A stretch of 60,000 nt of DNA, from positions 149,732,001 through 149,792,000 of the forward strand of contig NC_086097.1 of the NCBI RefSeq assembly GCF_963921235.1. The letters are read 5' to 3'. The position numbers and the translations under genes are program-made. Shown here piece after piece: positions 38,170 through 50,095 of the stretch (its first letter is position 1; every line of letters starts with the position of its first letter). Source of the DNA: Mobula hypostoma (Eukaryota). A model generated the notes under the pieces. That model had not been told where the DNA came from. It saw nothing but the letters and a program-made list of their open reading frames with translations, and did no database searches.

Positions 38170-38700
38170 TATTGTTACCCGCACCAAGGTACAGTGAAAA
38201 TCTTCTCTTGCTTATACAGATCAATCTATTACAACAGTGCATTGAGATAATACAAGGTAAAACAAAAACAGAGTGCAGAATAAAGTGTTCCAATTACAGA
38301 GAAAGTGTTGTGCAGCTTGACACCAAGGTGCAAGGACACAACAAGGTAGATAATGAGGTCAAGAGTCCATCTCTTCATATTAGAGAACTGTTTGGTAGAC
38401 TCATAACAAAGGGATAGAAATGGCCTGGTGATATGTACTTTCAGGCTTTTATATATTCTGCTTGATGAGAGTGGGCAGAAAAGAGAACATCCAGAATGGG
38501 TGGATTCTTCAATCATGCTGGATACTTTACTGAGGCAATGAGAAGTGTACCCAGAGTCCACGGAGGAAAGGATGGTTTCTGTGATGTACTGAGCTGCGTC
38601 CACAACTCTGCAGTTTCTTGGGGTCAAAGGCAGATCCATAGTCATAACAAGTTGTATTGCATCCAGATAGAATGCTTTCTATAGCACATCAATAAAAATA
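38170..38700 (-). mobile_element. Rex1/Babar-type LINE 3' fragment
   Basis: RVVDAAQYIT..YTSHCLSKVSSMI..HSGCSLFCPLSS, the Rex1 C-terminal region. Its 3' UTR is the reverse of the copy at 44.1-44.8 kb. Confidence 0.75.
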
Positions 38701-39069
38701 TCACATATTTCAGTGATAACAGCCTTGTAAAACCCGAGCAACCATGCATTCTTCGTCAGACACGTCTGGATAAGATGTGACATCTTGGAAGACTCTGAAA
38801 GAAGACTCCTTGCTACTGGTCATTTCTTTACCCCTATCCAAGCTCCCCAACACAAGCTGAATGACCAGACATGGATAACTGTTTTTTTGTTCTTTTCTTA
38901 TACAGTCTGACCTATTGTGCATCCCCCACAGCCTTCTGTTTAACTTCGTATTACAAAGAGGACTCATCTGGTTTTAACTGCCTTTAAACTTCCACCTGAG
39001 GTCATACTGTCTCACCCTATCCCAGATACTGCAGATGCTGTGCAGCAACTAGGAACCTGACTTTGGAAT

Positions 39070-39885
39070 TGAAGTTCAAGTTCATTGTCATCTGACTATC
39101 CATATATACAACCAAATGAAACAGCATTCCTCTGGACCACAGTGTACCCACAATATATACTGTATAATCACACACAGCAAAGAAAAGCAAAATATTACCA
39201 CAAATAATTTAATGAAATATAATTCAAAACGCATGTGAAGTGCAGCACAGCTAAACGGTAAACAACTCGCTGTCCGAGTGACGAGACCTCAGTGGAGGCA
39301 GGATATTCATTAGCCTCACAGACCAAGGGAAGCAGCTGTTACCCAGTCTGGCAGTCCTAGCCCTGATGCTCCTATACCTCCTTCCTGATGATAGAGGGTC
39401 AGATTGTGAGATGGGTAAGAGGGATCCTCAATGTTTTGAGCCCTTCATATACGACACTCCCAATAAATGTCACAAATGGGGGGGGGGGAGGTGGAGGGAG
39501 GGAGAACGTTATGATCCTCTTGACAGTTTTTACTATCCTCTGTAGGATCTTACAATCTGATGCCATGCAGCCTGCATACCACACCACACAATGATGCAGC
39601 CAGACAGAACTCCCCCCATGGCGCCCCTGTAGAAAGTTGCTAGAATGGGGTCAGAGAACCTTGCAAGCCTCAGTCTCCTCAGAAAATGTAGATGCTGCTG
39701 TGCCTTCTTGACTAGTAAGGAAGTGTTATGAATCCATGTTAGATTGTCCATTATGAACACACGAAGGAACTTTGTGCCCTTCACTCTCTCCATGGCAGAA
39801 CCATTGGTGTGCAATGGAGAGCGTTTGACCTACGACTTCCTAAAATTCACAATCATCTCTTTTGTCTTCTCCATGTTGAGAATCA
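39070..39885 (-). mobile_element. Rex1/Babar-type LINE RT C-terminal fragment
   Basis: ERVKGTKFLRVFIMDNLTW..KKAQQHLHFLRRLR..LATFYRG..CIIVW. Confidence 0.8.
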
Positions 39886-40953
39886 TGTTGTTATTTATGG
39901 CAACAGCATATAAGCTCTTAAAAATATTTCAAGATAGCACCTCTTGCACTAAATGGTCTACACTACCTCTGGACAGACATCCAGCTTTCATTAAAAGATA
40001 CTCGGCATTGTTAAGTATACTGCAGGATTTCAGAGTTACATTGTTCCCTGTAGAAAGAGGCACTTCCTGGCAATTAACCTAATTCTGCTTTCTCAGAACT
40101 TGAAATTGCGATTCTTAGCCTTCCCAGCATTTACTTGAGGTAGCTTGTAGCACACACACAATCAATTGCAATCATCGTAGAAAAATTGTCAGATAAATCA
40201 TCCATAATTCAATGTTAGGTGAAACAAATTAGTTCTTGATGCTGTGATGCGGAAACTAACCCTAGTGATCCTTCTCCGTATCATTTCCAAGCCTCCATGT
40301 GAGCAAACCAAAACCAGGCACATGGTTTCAGCAGTGGCCTAACATTTCTTACTGTAACTAAATCCTCCGTTCACTTTCTTAATCACAAATACAATCTAGT
40401 GTGAGTCTTCTCTTCCTCAGAGCAAATAATCCCAGACACTAAGTTCTTATAATTCCACATCCTCCGTGTAAACCATCACATAAATCAACTTCCTTTCCAT
40501 TGACTCCATCCATGGTTTCCAACTACTTTGCAGTCAGTGTAATCAAGGATCCTTCACATCCCAGCTGCTTCCTTTCCTCCCTTTTACCTTTGGGCAAAAG
40601 ATGCAAAAGCCCAAGATCATGAACTACCAGACTCAGTAACAATTTCTATTCCACTGCTAATCAGACCCTTGAATTGACCTCTCGTATGCTAAAGAATGAA
40701 CTCGTGATCTCTTGGGCTGCCAATCTAACTCGTCGTAGGCCTTGCACTTTATTTTTCTACTTGCACTGTATGTTCTGTGTAACTAGAACACTTCTGCATA
40801 TTCTGCATTTTGTTTTCTTCCTGCTACCTCAATGTAATTACATCTTTCCAGATCCTGAAACATGTGACAATAAACCAATAAACAAATCTCATGCTCTTTA
40901 GAGTTTGAAAGCTTCACTTCCTCAGAATGAACAATCCCACCTCTTCAAATACT

Positions 40954-42197
40954 GGGACACGACGAAATTTGCAGATGCTGGAAGTTCAAGCAACACACGC
41001 AAAATGCTGGTGGAACACAGGCCAGGTAGCATCCATAGGAAGAAGCAGTCGATGTTTCTGGCCGAGACCCTTCGTCAGGACTAACTGAAAGAAAAGATAG
41101 TAAGAGATTTGAAAGTGGGAGGGGGAGGTGGAACTCCGAAATGATAGGAGAGGACAGGAGAGGGAGGGATAGAGCTAAGAGCTGGAAAGTTGATTGGCAA
41201 AAGGGATACGAGGCTGGAGGAGGGAAAGGATCATGGGACAGGAGGCCCAGGAAGGAAAAAAAGGGGAGGGGAGCACCAGAGGAAGATGGAGAGGAGGCAA
41301 GGAGTAAATTGTGAGTGGGGGGGGGGAGGTAGAAAAAAGAGGGAGGGAGGGAGAAAAAAAGAGGGAGGGAGGGAGAAAAAAGAGGAAGGGAGGGAGAAAA
41401 AAGAGGAAGAAAAAAGAGGAAGGGAGGGAGAAAAAAGAGGAAGGGAGGGAGAAAAAAGAGGAAGGGAGGGAGAAAAAAAGAGGGAGGGAGGGAGAAAAAA
41501 GAGGGAGGGAGGGAGAAAAAAGAGGGAGGGAGGGAGAAAAAAGAGGGAGGGAGGGAGAAAAAAGAGGGAGGGAGGGAGAAAAAAAGAGGGAGGGAGGGAG
41601 AAAAAAAGAGGGAGGGAGGGAGAAAAAAAGAGGGAGGGAGGGAGAAAAAAGAGGGAGGGAGGGAGAAAAAAGAGGGAGGGAGGGAGAAAAAAGAGGGAGG
41701 GAGGGAGAAAAAAGAGGGAGGGAGGGAGAAAAAAAGAGGGAGGGAGGGAGAAAAAAAGAGGGAGGGAGTACCCTCCAACCTGATGGCATTATCCCCTGGG
41801 ATCAAGTACGACTCTGACTATGATTACTTCTCTAACTTCTGTTAGTGCCCCTCCTCCCATTCTTACCCCATTCTGCATTTATTTATTATTTTTTATTTTT
41901 TCCTTTTTTTCCTCTCTCTCTGTCCCTCTCACAATTACTCCTTGCCTGCTCTCCATCTTCCTCTGGCACTCCACTCCCCGTTTCTTTCTCCCTAGGCCTA
42001 CCATCCCATGATCCTCTCCCTTCTCCAGCCTTGTATCCCTTTTGCCAATCAACTTTCCAGCTCTTAGCTCCATCCCTCCCCCTCCTGTCTTCTCTCACCA
42101 TTTCGGATTTCCCCCTCCCACTCTCAAGTCTCTTACTATCTCTTCTTTCAGTTAGTCCTGACAAAGGGTCTTGGCCTGAAACATCGACTGTGCTTCT
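40954..42197. mobile_element. PLE-derived inverted-repeat unit with central purine minisatellite
   Basis: Arms ~40958-41330 (-) and ~41770-42197 (+) are inverted. Hammerhead-like motifs at 41047-41082 (-) and 42154-42189 (+). Candidate TSD TCTTCAAATWCT (40942-40953 / 42198-42209). Confidence 0.85.
41331..41768 (+). repeat. Pure-purine minisatellite (GA6-7GAGGGAGGGAGG)n, about 20 units of 21-22 bp
   Basis: 438 bp containing only A and G; some variant units read GAGGAAGGG. Confidence 0.95.
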
Positions 42198-42959
42198 TCT
42201 TCAAATTCTTATAGCTCAGTTTTGCTGATCTTGGTAACAGTTCAGTTTACTGTTCCTCTCTGTGCATCTGCCACATCTCTAGAACCACATGATGTAGCCG
42301 CAAGTGCAGAGCGAAAAAAAAAATTACACATTCTTCTCCTGCCTTCTGTTTTGTTATGTTCTTATGTAGATGTTTCATTTGGAAATTGTTAGACTTGAAA
42401 CTTCAAACTAAAGCTGTAATAATACATCACTTCATTTTTTCCCCTGTGTATTTTCTTTTTCTCTGCTTCCATGACTGGAGATTTTGATTAATATCCAACA
42501 CCTGGACAAATAACCATTATTTATGTGTCAATGCTGCCAGTAAACCCAAATTTTCCGATGCAGGGTTTATCATAGACACGTTGAGGGGAGTTAGGGTATC
42601 TGCAGGAACACAGCAACTCCACCTGAATAACCACCAGAGTTAGCATGCAGAATGTCAGGCTTGGACGACATAACCTTAAGGAGATAGGCACATGATTGTC
42701 CAAAAGGCAGTAAATTCAAATTACTGAGTAGATCCCTGGACTGTACGTTTCAGCATCATAAAATAGAAGGTTGGAAGAAGAGGCAGGAAGTGTGTAGGGT
42801 TGGGCTGCAAGCTGAAGAGAGTGGATCTTAGGGCAGGAAATGAGTGTACATGTAGTAAAACAGATCAGAACTCACTTCTTGCCCTTTTTCTTTTTGCAGT
42901 CATTATTGATTTGGGGTTGATCAGGGATCCATCATCTGGGAAGCTTTTTCTGCATTCTG

Positions 42960-43230
42960 ATGTATAGGGCATAGGTTTAAGGTGAGAAGGGGTTGATTCA
43001 ATAGGAGCTTGAGGGGCAACCTTTCACCCAGAGGGTGAACTACCAGAGGAAATGGTTGAGGCAGGTACATAAATAACACTTAGACAGTACTTGGACAAGT
43101 ACATAAATAAGAAGGGTTTAGCGGTCTATGGGGCAACCACATACAAAAGGGACTAGCTTAGACAGGCATGGTCAGCATGGACTAGGTAGGCTGAAAGGCC
43201 CTTTCCAACGCTGTATGACTCTACGACTGT
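42960..43230 (+). mobile_element. CR1 3' end fragment
   Basis: GGGCATAGGTTTAAGGTGAG..GGGGCAACCTTTCACCCAGAGGGTG and tail GCTGTATGACTCTACGACT. A similar fragment lies at ~50430-51125. Confidence 0.7.
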
Positions 43231-44119
43231 GTGACTGTATCTAAAAGATCATTTGACTTAATATAGAGTCAAAGTCAGGACCAAAGTGTGTGACTAGAAA
43301 TTTACCTCACTACAGGATTACCTCAATTTTCATATTTTATTTCTCTCTCTATTTATCTCCTCCTCCCAACTTTTTTTTTAAAACAGTAATCTTGCCTTTC
43401 AAGTGTGTGTGTTTTTTTTTAAAAATATGGCTTTACCCACAACTTTAGCTTTTGGCTATTATTAGTTCAACATACCAAAGACACAAGGAGGACAAAGTGT
43501 CTTATAGCAAATCAACCCTCAACAGGAAGAACGGAAAACTTAGTACTGTTCAGAGCCTTTTTATACTGATGGTTTCAGTCTTGGTCATATGCCGACATTG
43601 TACAGATGCCATCTGTCCCAGCAATCTCTGAAGAGGCTGTTTTACATTCACAAAGTGAGCCTTTAATGACGCAGGCTTGCTTCCCAGCAACATATCTGTT
43701 GGTCAATTACGTGGGTGTAACACAATCACCCACACACTGGTATTAGGTATATGGTTTGAAGCACCAATAACAGGTTTCAGAATGACACAGTAAGGAAGCC
43801 ACGCAAGCAAAGGCAGTAAGTATAGGTAAGGAAACTGAAACTTTTTGGAAGTCATGCAGTGGAAAAGTAGCTTGTGTGTGCTTTATTCTAGACACCAATA
43901 TAGATCAGTCAGGTTATTTAAAATTACCACCTGTTATTTTCTTGGTGATTTGTGAGGATGACGTCAATGCAAAGAAACACTTCAGTTTTATCTACAACAC
44001 TATCATGACAGGTGCAGTATGGTGGCAACCTGCTTCATTCAGAGAAATTGAGTCGTAGAAATTTCCAATTTTAGAGAAGTGGTGGCATACATTTGTTTAC
44101 ATCAATCATGCTGAAGTCG

Positions 44120-44795
44120 AAGGGGTTGAAAGCTTCAGGGTTTTAAAGCAGGGACATCACCTATGATATCATGGCCAAGGAAGCTTCCCAGTGCCTCTAC
44201 TTCCTCAGAAGGCAAAAGAAATTTGGTATGTCCAGGTTAACCTTCACCAATTTTTACTGATGCAGGACAGAAAGCATCATATCCAGATGCATTACAGCTT
44301 GGTACGGCAACTGCTCTGTACACGAGCACAAGAAACTACAGAGTTGTGGACACAGCTCAGCATACCATGGAAACCAGTCTCCCCTGCATGGACCTTGTCT
44401 ACCTCAGATTTCTCACTGTCTCAGTAAAAGTAGCCAACATAATCAAAGAGCTTACTAACCACCTACCCCGAAACATTCTCTTTTCACCTCCTCACTCCCT
44501 TCAGGCAGATGATACAAGAGCTTGAACCAGCATCCCACCAAGCTCAAGGACAGCTTATAACCCACTGTCAAGAGACTATCGAATGGTCCCCTGGTACAAT
44601 AAAATGGACCCTTGACTTCACAATCCACCCCTTTGTCTTGTACCTTATTACACTTTTTCTGTAAATACACTTTATTCTGCATTCTGCTATTGTTTTCCCT
44701 TGTACTTTCTCAATGCACTGTTCTAATGAAATGGTCTGTATGGGAGGCATCAAAACAAGTGTTTCACTGTACCTTGATATGTGACAATAAATAAT
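44120..44795 (+). mobile_element. Rex1/Babar-type LINE 3' fragment
   Basis: CTCTACTTCCTCAGAAGGCAAAAGAAATTTGG (LYFLRRQKKF), CATTACAGCTTGGTACGGCAACTG, and a 3' end GTGACAATAAA. Confidence 0.75.
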
Positions 44796-46377
44796 TTAAT
44801 AAGCCAGTTCATTTACCTTATTCAATGTGAGTAATTTGTTTACATCAATTTTGTTAATTGTCTTTACATGCTTGAATAACTCAAAGACACATCTTCCCTA
44901 AAAAAAAGTTCTCCTTTTCTTAAACTTTTTACATACAAATATGAGTAAATTCCAACAGATTTGATAAATATCTGATAGAAGTGGAATTCACATTTTTGTC
45001 TTGTACGTTTATGTGGACTGGCCTCATTTATTCCGAACTTAACATCTGGCAGAGAAACTGGCTTACAAGTCTGCAAGAGTTCAAACCAAGAATGAGGTCA
45101 CTGCTAGTCCAAATTCCTGTACTACTACAGGGCCTCATCTGTCTCAGTTACTCATAGCTAAAGCCGAGAAAAGAATGAAAAATATTCCATTGTGGCTAGT
45201 TGGAGACAAGAACAGAAACATAACTAAGCATGATGAATTCAGAATTACACATCTCAGGGAACATATGACTTGTATTACCTCCTTCTCAAATTAGACTGGA
45301 AGTCTTCAGGAGTTAGTGTTCAAGCAATGATAAATACCTTGCATATCTCAAAATTTCTCATCATTAGGACCCATTGTTGGAATCCAAATCTATTAGGAAT
45401 TTCAGTACTGTTTTAAGTGTCACAAGAGAGCACTCCTCTTAAGATACTTCAATGCTGGATCTGACCAATACTTTCATTTTTCAAGTTTGTTCAAGTTTTG
45501 CCTTGCTTCTGTTGAACCAGATAGTAAACTGACTAGTTTTGAACTTACATTATCTTTCACAGGGAAAAAACATCCATGGAAATTGTCACAATTTGGGATT
45601 TTAGTTTTATCATAAAAATAAATGGTCATAAAATCTAAGTTAAATTCAGTTTATATTTGACCCCCACCCCCCCCAAAAAAAAACTCCTTGGCCTACTAAG
45701 ATCAGTCAAGATAACGACACAAGTGTAAGTCTTGCACACCCTACCAATCGGAGACCGTAGGCCTTAATACATGCAGGAGCCATTCACAAACAACAGTCAG
45801 AAATTTCAGCTTCAGCAAGGCAAATAATGCTTTACACAAGCTGACAATTGATCGCTATTACATCATAGTCTCCTAAATCATGTCCAAAATGTTAGATTAG
45901 CCTCATTCAATTTGTTCTACTGGGAGGAAGGTGAAGAGCAATCAAGGGAGGAAGGTGAAGAGCAATCAAGGGAGGTTTTCTAAATATCCATTAAAAACAA
46001 TTTATTTCAAGCCACGCCACCCGGCAATACCCCAATTTAATCTAGCCTAATCACGGGATAATTTACAACAACCAATTAACCTACACCTTTTGAGTGTGCG
46101 GTGATGAGAATTTAAAATCAGCCATCCATGTGGTATGTTCTGATATATATTAATGAAGGCAGAGTCTCTCGCAATATTTCAGAAGCATTTGAGTCACCAA
46201 GGCAGTGAAGGCACAGACCAGATGCTGTGAAATAGGATTAATATTTGATGGTGGGAAAAAGGACCATTTCTGTAAGGATGAATTTTAGAGATCTGCTCAT
46301 CTGCAGGTGCAGCACAGTCACTGGCATAAACCAGTAATGTTTTTTGGGAATCGATAGTAAATTGAAAAGAGGGAAAA

Positions 46378-46830
46378 GTGATGATGATGATGATGGCACC
46401 CATCTGTCTCGAAGGACAATGGGTGTGCGCTATGGTTCAAGCCTGGGCAGAAGGTTTGAGACGCTGGGATGCCCAGTCATCAAGATCCCCTCTCAGCTTC
46501 ACCAGTGTAGTCCAAAGCAAAGCGAAACAATACGTTTGGAGCCAGCTCGCTGCAGGAGCTGCCGTAAGGATGTTCAGTGACGTCCAGTCGCCTTTGGGGC
46601 TCCCCTCCAGATTTTCCAGTCTGGGTTTACGCCTGTAGCCTTCGTCTCTCCCGAGGCTGCCCACAAGGAAGTGGGGCTACTTGCCCATAGCTGGGGATCT
46701 GGTTCAAGAGCACACAGAGCTTGCAGTTGGAAAGGCCATTTACTGGCAGGGAGAGACTTACGCGTTCTGCTCTCCTTTCCACAAAACTGCTAGCCGGTAT
46801 TGGAAGCCGAAAACAAGACCGACAGGTACT
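46378..46830 (-). mobile_element. RTE-derived non-autonomous element; its 5' end appears split by the I-group LINE
   Basis: (CAT)n tail on the minus strand (46378-46394). Internal CCCCTCTCAGCTTCACCAGTGTAGTCCAAAG..TACGTTTGGAGCCAGC..GCAGGAGCTGCC resembles RTE/BovB 5'-UTR motifs and the body of the SINEs at 30.7 and 55.2 kb. Confidence 0.6.
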
Positions 46831-49266
46831 GTCTGTATCTTGTTTTACAGCGGTTGGCATCCAGCTTAATGGTGCATTACCGCCACCCTCTGCTCCAGAA
46901 TGTGCACTAGACATATATTCTAAATCCCTTCACCCAATCACGCACACACACCTACACTTCACCCTCCCATCTTTGACCATCCTAGTACCCTATTCCTGTT
47001 TATCCGTCATATCCTATAAAAAACCCCTGTACCCCTTAAAAACACTAAAAATACCCAGACTTGTGCTCTTTCACCCATGCCCAGCAACCCTTTTAATGTG
47101 AATTCCTGCACCCCCAACTCCCTTAATTTAATTCTCATCATCTCTCTCTGTATCCCATACTTCCTGCAACACAAAACTACATGTTCTACTGACTCCTCTT
47201 CCTGACATTCCTCACACAATCCTGTCTGGTGTTTCCCTATCATTTTCAATGTTTTGTTTAATGCACAATGCTCCAGCCTTAACCAAGTCCACACAATTTC
47301 CTCTCTTCTGTTTCCATTACCTACCCTAGTAACTGCAACACTCTTTTGTATTTGATATAAATGCCTCCCTTTCCCCTCCCTGTCCCATTTTTCTTGCCAC
47401 ATTTGGTTGACTTTTTCCCAGATTACACACTTAACCTCTGCTTTACTGATACTAATGTGCATTTCCACGTTTTCTTTCTTTAACGCCCTCTTTGCCAACT
47501 CATCCACCCCCTCATTCCCCTTCACCCCTACATGTGCTGGAACCCATAGAAATTTTACCTGACCTCCCTGATTTGCAATTCTTGTAACTAACTGAAGGAC
47601 TTCATAAAGTACATCTTGCCGACTGTTTGTGTGAAAAGACCTTAAACTTGCTAGAACTGAGGACGAATCTGAACATATCAATGCTTTAGCTTGTCTGGCT
47701 TTCTGCACCCATTGCAACGCAACCAACACTGCCAGCATCTCCATTGTAAACACCCCTAACTTATTAGATGTTCTTCTGCTGATTCCAATTTCTTTTGCTG
47801 GTATTACCACCCCAAACCCTGTCACTCCTGTTTCAGGTTCCTTCGCACCATCTGTATAAATGTGAGTATAATCACTATACTCTTCCATCACATGACAGTT
47901 AAATGCATTTACCAAATCTGTTTTGTATCTTTCTTTCCTTTTTACCTCTAACAAATGCCAGTCTATGTCAGGCCATACAAGCTTCCATGGAGCTACAACC
48001 GGATAAACTACTGAAGGACTTATCCTCAGATCAAACACTCCACATTCTTTCGCGATATCATTCCCTACCCGACTAAAGGTATCCCTCTGAAACCTCCCAT
48101 TTTCCCAGCACTCCTGCAACACTCCTTTAGTAGGGTGAGAATCATTGTGCCCCTGCAAGTTAGCCCAGTAGTTTGCCATCAGTTGCATCCTTCTTAGTTC
48201 CAAAGGCATTATTCCCATTTCTACCTGTAGGGCTGACACTGGTGACGTTTTAAAAGCCCCAGTGCACACTCTCAAGGCCTGAGCCTGAATCACATCCAGT
48301 TTCCTTATAAGAGACCTAGCTGCTGATCCATATGCTATATTTCCATAGTCCAACACAGACCTCACTAAAGCCACATACATTCTCTTCAAAGCTGAACAAC
48401 TTGCTCCCCATTCCCTACCAGTCAAACATCTCATCACATTCATTACTTTTTTACATTTCTCCTCAACTTTCCTGATATGGTCTGCCCACGTTAATCGTGA
48501 ATCAAATATAACTCCCAGAAATTTAAATGATGCAACCCTTTCTAATTCAACCCCATACATCCTTAACTTCTTCCCTACTTCAACCCTTTTCCTGGTAAAA
48601 AATACAGTTTGAGTTTTATCTACTGAAAATCTACATCCCCAATCATAACCCCACTCCACCACTTCATCAATTGCTTCTTGTAGTTTCCTGATTATATGGT
48701 CCATGTTCCTGCCTCTTTTCCACAAGGCCCCATCATCCGCAAACAGTGACCTACCTATATCCACTGGTACCTTTGTGAAGACATCATTGATCATAATGAT
48801 GAAAAGTAACGGGCTAATCACACTACCTTGAGGTGTGCCATTTTCCACTATGTACTGTTTTGATAATTCTGATCCAATCCGAACTTGAATTTTTCTACCA
48901 AACAAAAAATCTTTAATCCAATTAAAAACTCTCCCACCAACCCCCATCTTGTGCAGTTTAATTAATAATCCTTCCTTCCACATCATATCATAGGCTTTTT
49001 CAATGTCAAAGAACACTGCCACTACTGACTCTCTATTTGCCTGGGCCTTCCTTATTTCAGTCTCTAACATTATCACTGAGTCCATGGAATTTCTTCCCTT
49101 TCTAAAACCACTCTGATAACTTGCCAGCATTCCCCTTTTCTCAAGCACATACGATAACCTTTCTGTTATCATCCTTTCCATTATCTTACATATACTTGAT
49201 GTTAATGCAATTGGTCTGTAGCTAGTGGGTTTTGACGGATCCTTGCCAAGCTTCCTTATTGGAATT
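46831..49266 (-). mobile_element. Young 5'-truncated I-group (Nimb-like) non-LTR retrotransposon
   Basis: 9-bp TSD ACAGGTACT (46822-46830 / 49267-49275). 3' UTR contains GGTGGCGGTAATGCACC..GCTGGATGCCAACCGC. Open RT-RNaseH-CCHC frame. Confidence 0.9.
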
Positions 49267-49268
49267 AC
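47007..49268 (-). CDS. Truncated ORF2: reverse transcriptase, RNase H and C-terminal Cys/His knuckle
   Basis: The frame stays open upstream of the listed ATG (VIPIRKLGKDPSKPTSYRPIALTSSICKI-MER). RT: QSGFRKGR, FFDIEKAYD, GTPQGSVISP, LFADD. RNase H: YTDGAK, CSDS, WVPAHVGVKGNE. Knuckle CEEC..ESVEHVVLCC. No endonuclease domain. Confidence 0.92.
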   Translation of the reverse strand, partial: VIPIRKLGKDPSKPTSYRPIALTSSICKIMERMITERLSYVLEKRGMLASYQSGFRKGRNSMDSVIMLETEIRKAQANRESVVAVFFDIEKAYDMMWKEGLLIKLHKMGVGGRVFNWIKDFLFGRKIQVRIGSELSKQYIVENGTPQGSVISPLLFIIMINDVFTKVPVDIGRSLFADDGALWKRGRNMDHIIRKLQEAIDEVVEWGYDWGCRFSVDKTQTVFFTRKRVEVGKKLRMYGVELERVASFKFLGVIFDSRLTWADHIRKVEEKCKKVMNVMRCLTGREWGASCSALKRMYVALVRSVLDYGNIAYGSAARSLIRKLDVIQAQALRVCTGAFKTSPVSALQVEMGIMPLELRRMQLMANYWANLQGHNDSHPTKGVLQECWENGRFQRDTFSRVGNDIAKECGVFDLRISPSVVYPVVAPWKLVWPDIDWHLLEVKRKERYKTDLVNAFNCHVMEEYSDYTHIYTDGAKEPETGVTGFGVVIPAKEIGISRRTSNKLGVFTMEMLAVLVALQWVQKARQAKALICSDSSSVLASLRSFHTNSRQDVLYEVLQLVTRIANQGGQVKFLWVPAHVGVKGNEGVDELAKRALKKENVEMHISISKAEVKCVIWEKVNQMWQEKWDREGKGRHLYQIQKSVAVTRVGNGNRREEIVWTWLRLEHCALNKTLKMIGKHQTGLCEECQEEESVEHVVLCCRKYGIQREMMRIKLRELGVQEFTLKGLLGMGERAQVWVFLVFLRGTGVFYRI

Positions 49269-49349
49269 AGGTACTTCCCATCACAAAAACCATTTGACAC
49301 AAAAAAAACTGAAGAGAAGGAAAAAAAAATCCATAAATTAAATGGTGAC

Positions 49350-50095
49350 AATACTTTCTAGCCAGTGGTTGAGGTGAACAGAATTGGCATTTGAGGGAAG
49401 GATAGTATTGAATGCCAAGCTGTAGTCGATAAAGAGCTTCCCGGTGTAGGCATCTTTGCTGTCCAGATGTTCCAGGGTTGAGAGAAGAGCCAATGAAATG
49501 GCATGTGCCATGGACTTGATATGCCAGTAGGCAAATTGGGGCAGATCGGAGTCGATTTTCAGGCAGGAGTTGATATGCTTCATCAGCAACCTCTCAGATC
49601 ATTTCATCACTGTGAATGCAAGTTCTACTGGGCGATAGTCATTGAGGCTGGCTTCCACGTCCTTCTTAGGTATAATTGAAGCCTGCCTGAAGCAGGTGGG
49701 TACCTCAGACTGGTAAAGCAAGAAGTTAACGATCTTAGTGAACACTGCAGCTAGCTGATCAGCACAGGTCTTTAGTACTTGGCCAGATGCTTTCTGAGGG
49801 TTCACCCTCATGAGGAAGGCTCTCACATTGGCCTCAGAGACTGAAATCACTGGACACAGTGGGAGTTTGTGATGTTTCCTCCATGTTTTGACAGTCAAGG
49901 TGAGCATAGAAAGCATTGCGCTCATCTGGAAGAGAAGCTCTGTTGTCACCTATGTCACTTGATTTCACTTCATAAGAGGAATTAGCATTCAAGCCCTGTC
50001 ACAGCAATTGAGCATCCTTCATTAATGCAAGTTTAGTCCATTTTGCCCGTGATCTGGCTTTCCAGACATCGTACCTTGGACTTTTTGTAACTTTC
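49350..50095 (-). mobile_element. Rex1/Babar-type LINE RT N-terminal fragment
   Basis: RVNPQKASG..LKTCADQLAAVFT..PTCF..LNDYRPV..QFAY..LFIDYSLAFNTI. Confidence 0.85.

Noticed and set aside
40945..41817. Long ORFs of 168-286 aa with FFSLPPS or REGGRKK repeats
   Set aside because: Artefacts of translating the purine minisatellite.
45922..45975. 24-bp direct repeat GGGAGGAAGGTGAAGAGCAATCAA x2
   Set aside because: A simple local tandem duplication with no spacer; not CRISPR-like and no evident function.
47007..49181. 724-aa ORF as a domesticated host gene
   Set aside because: It is 5'-truncated mid-domain, flanked by a TSD and followed by a LINE 3' UTR, and it carries apparent private lesions.
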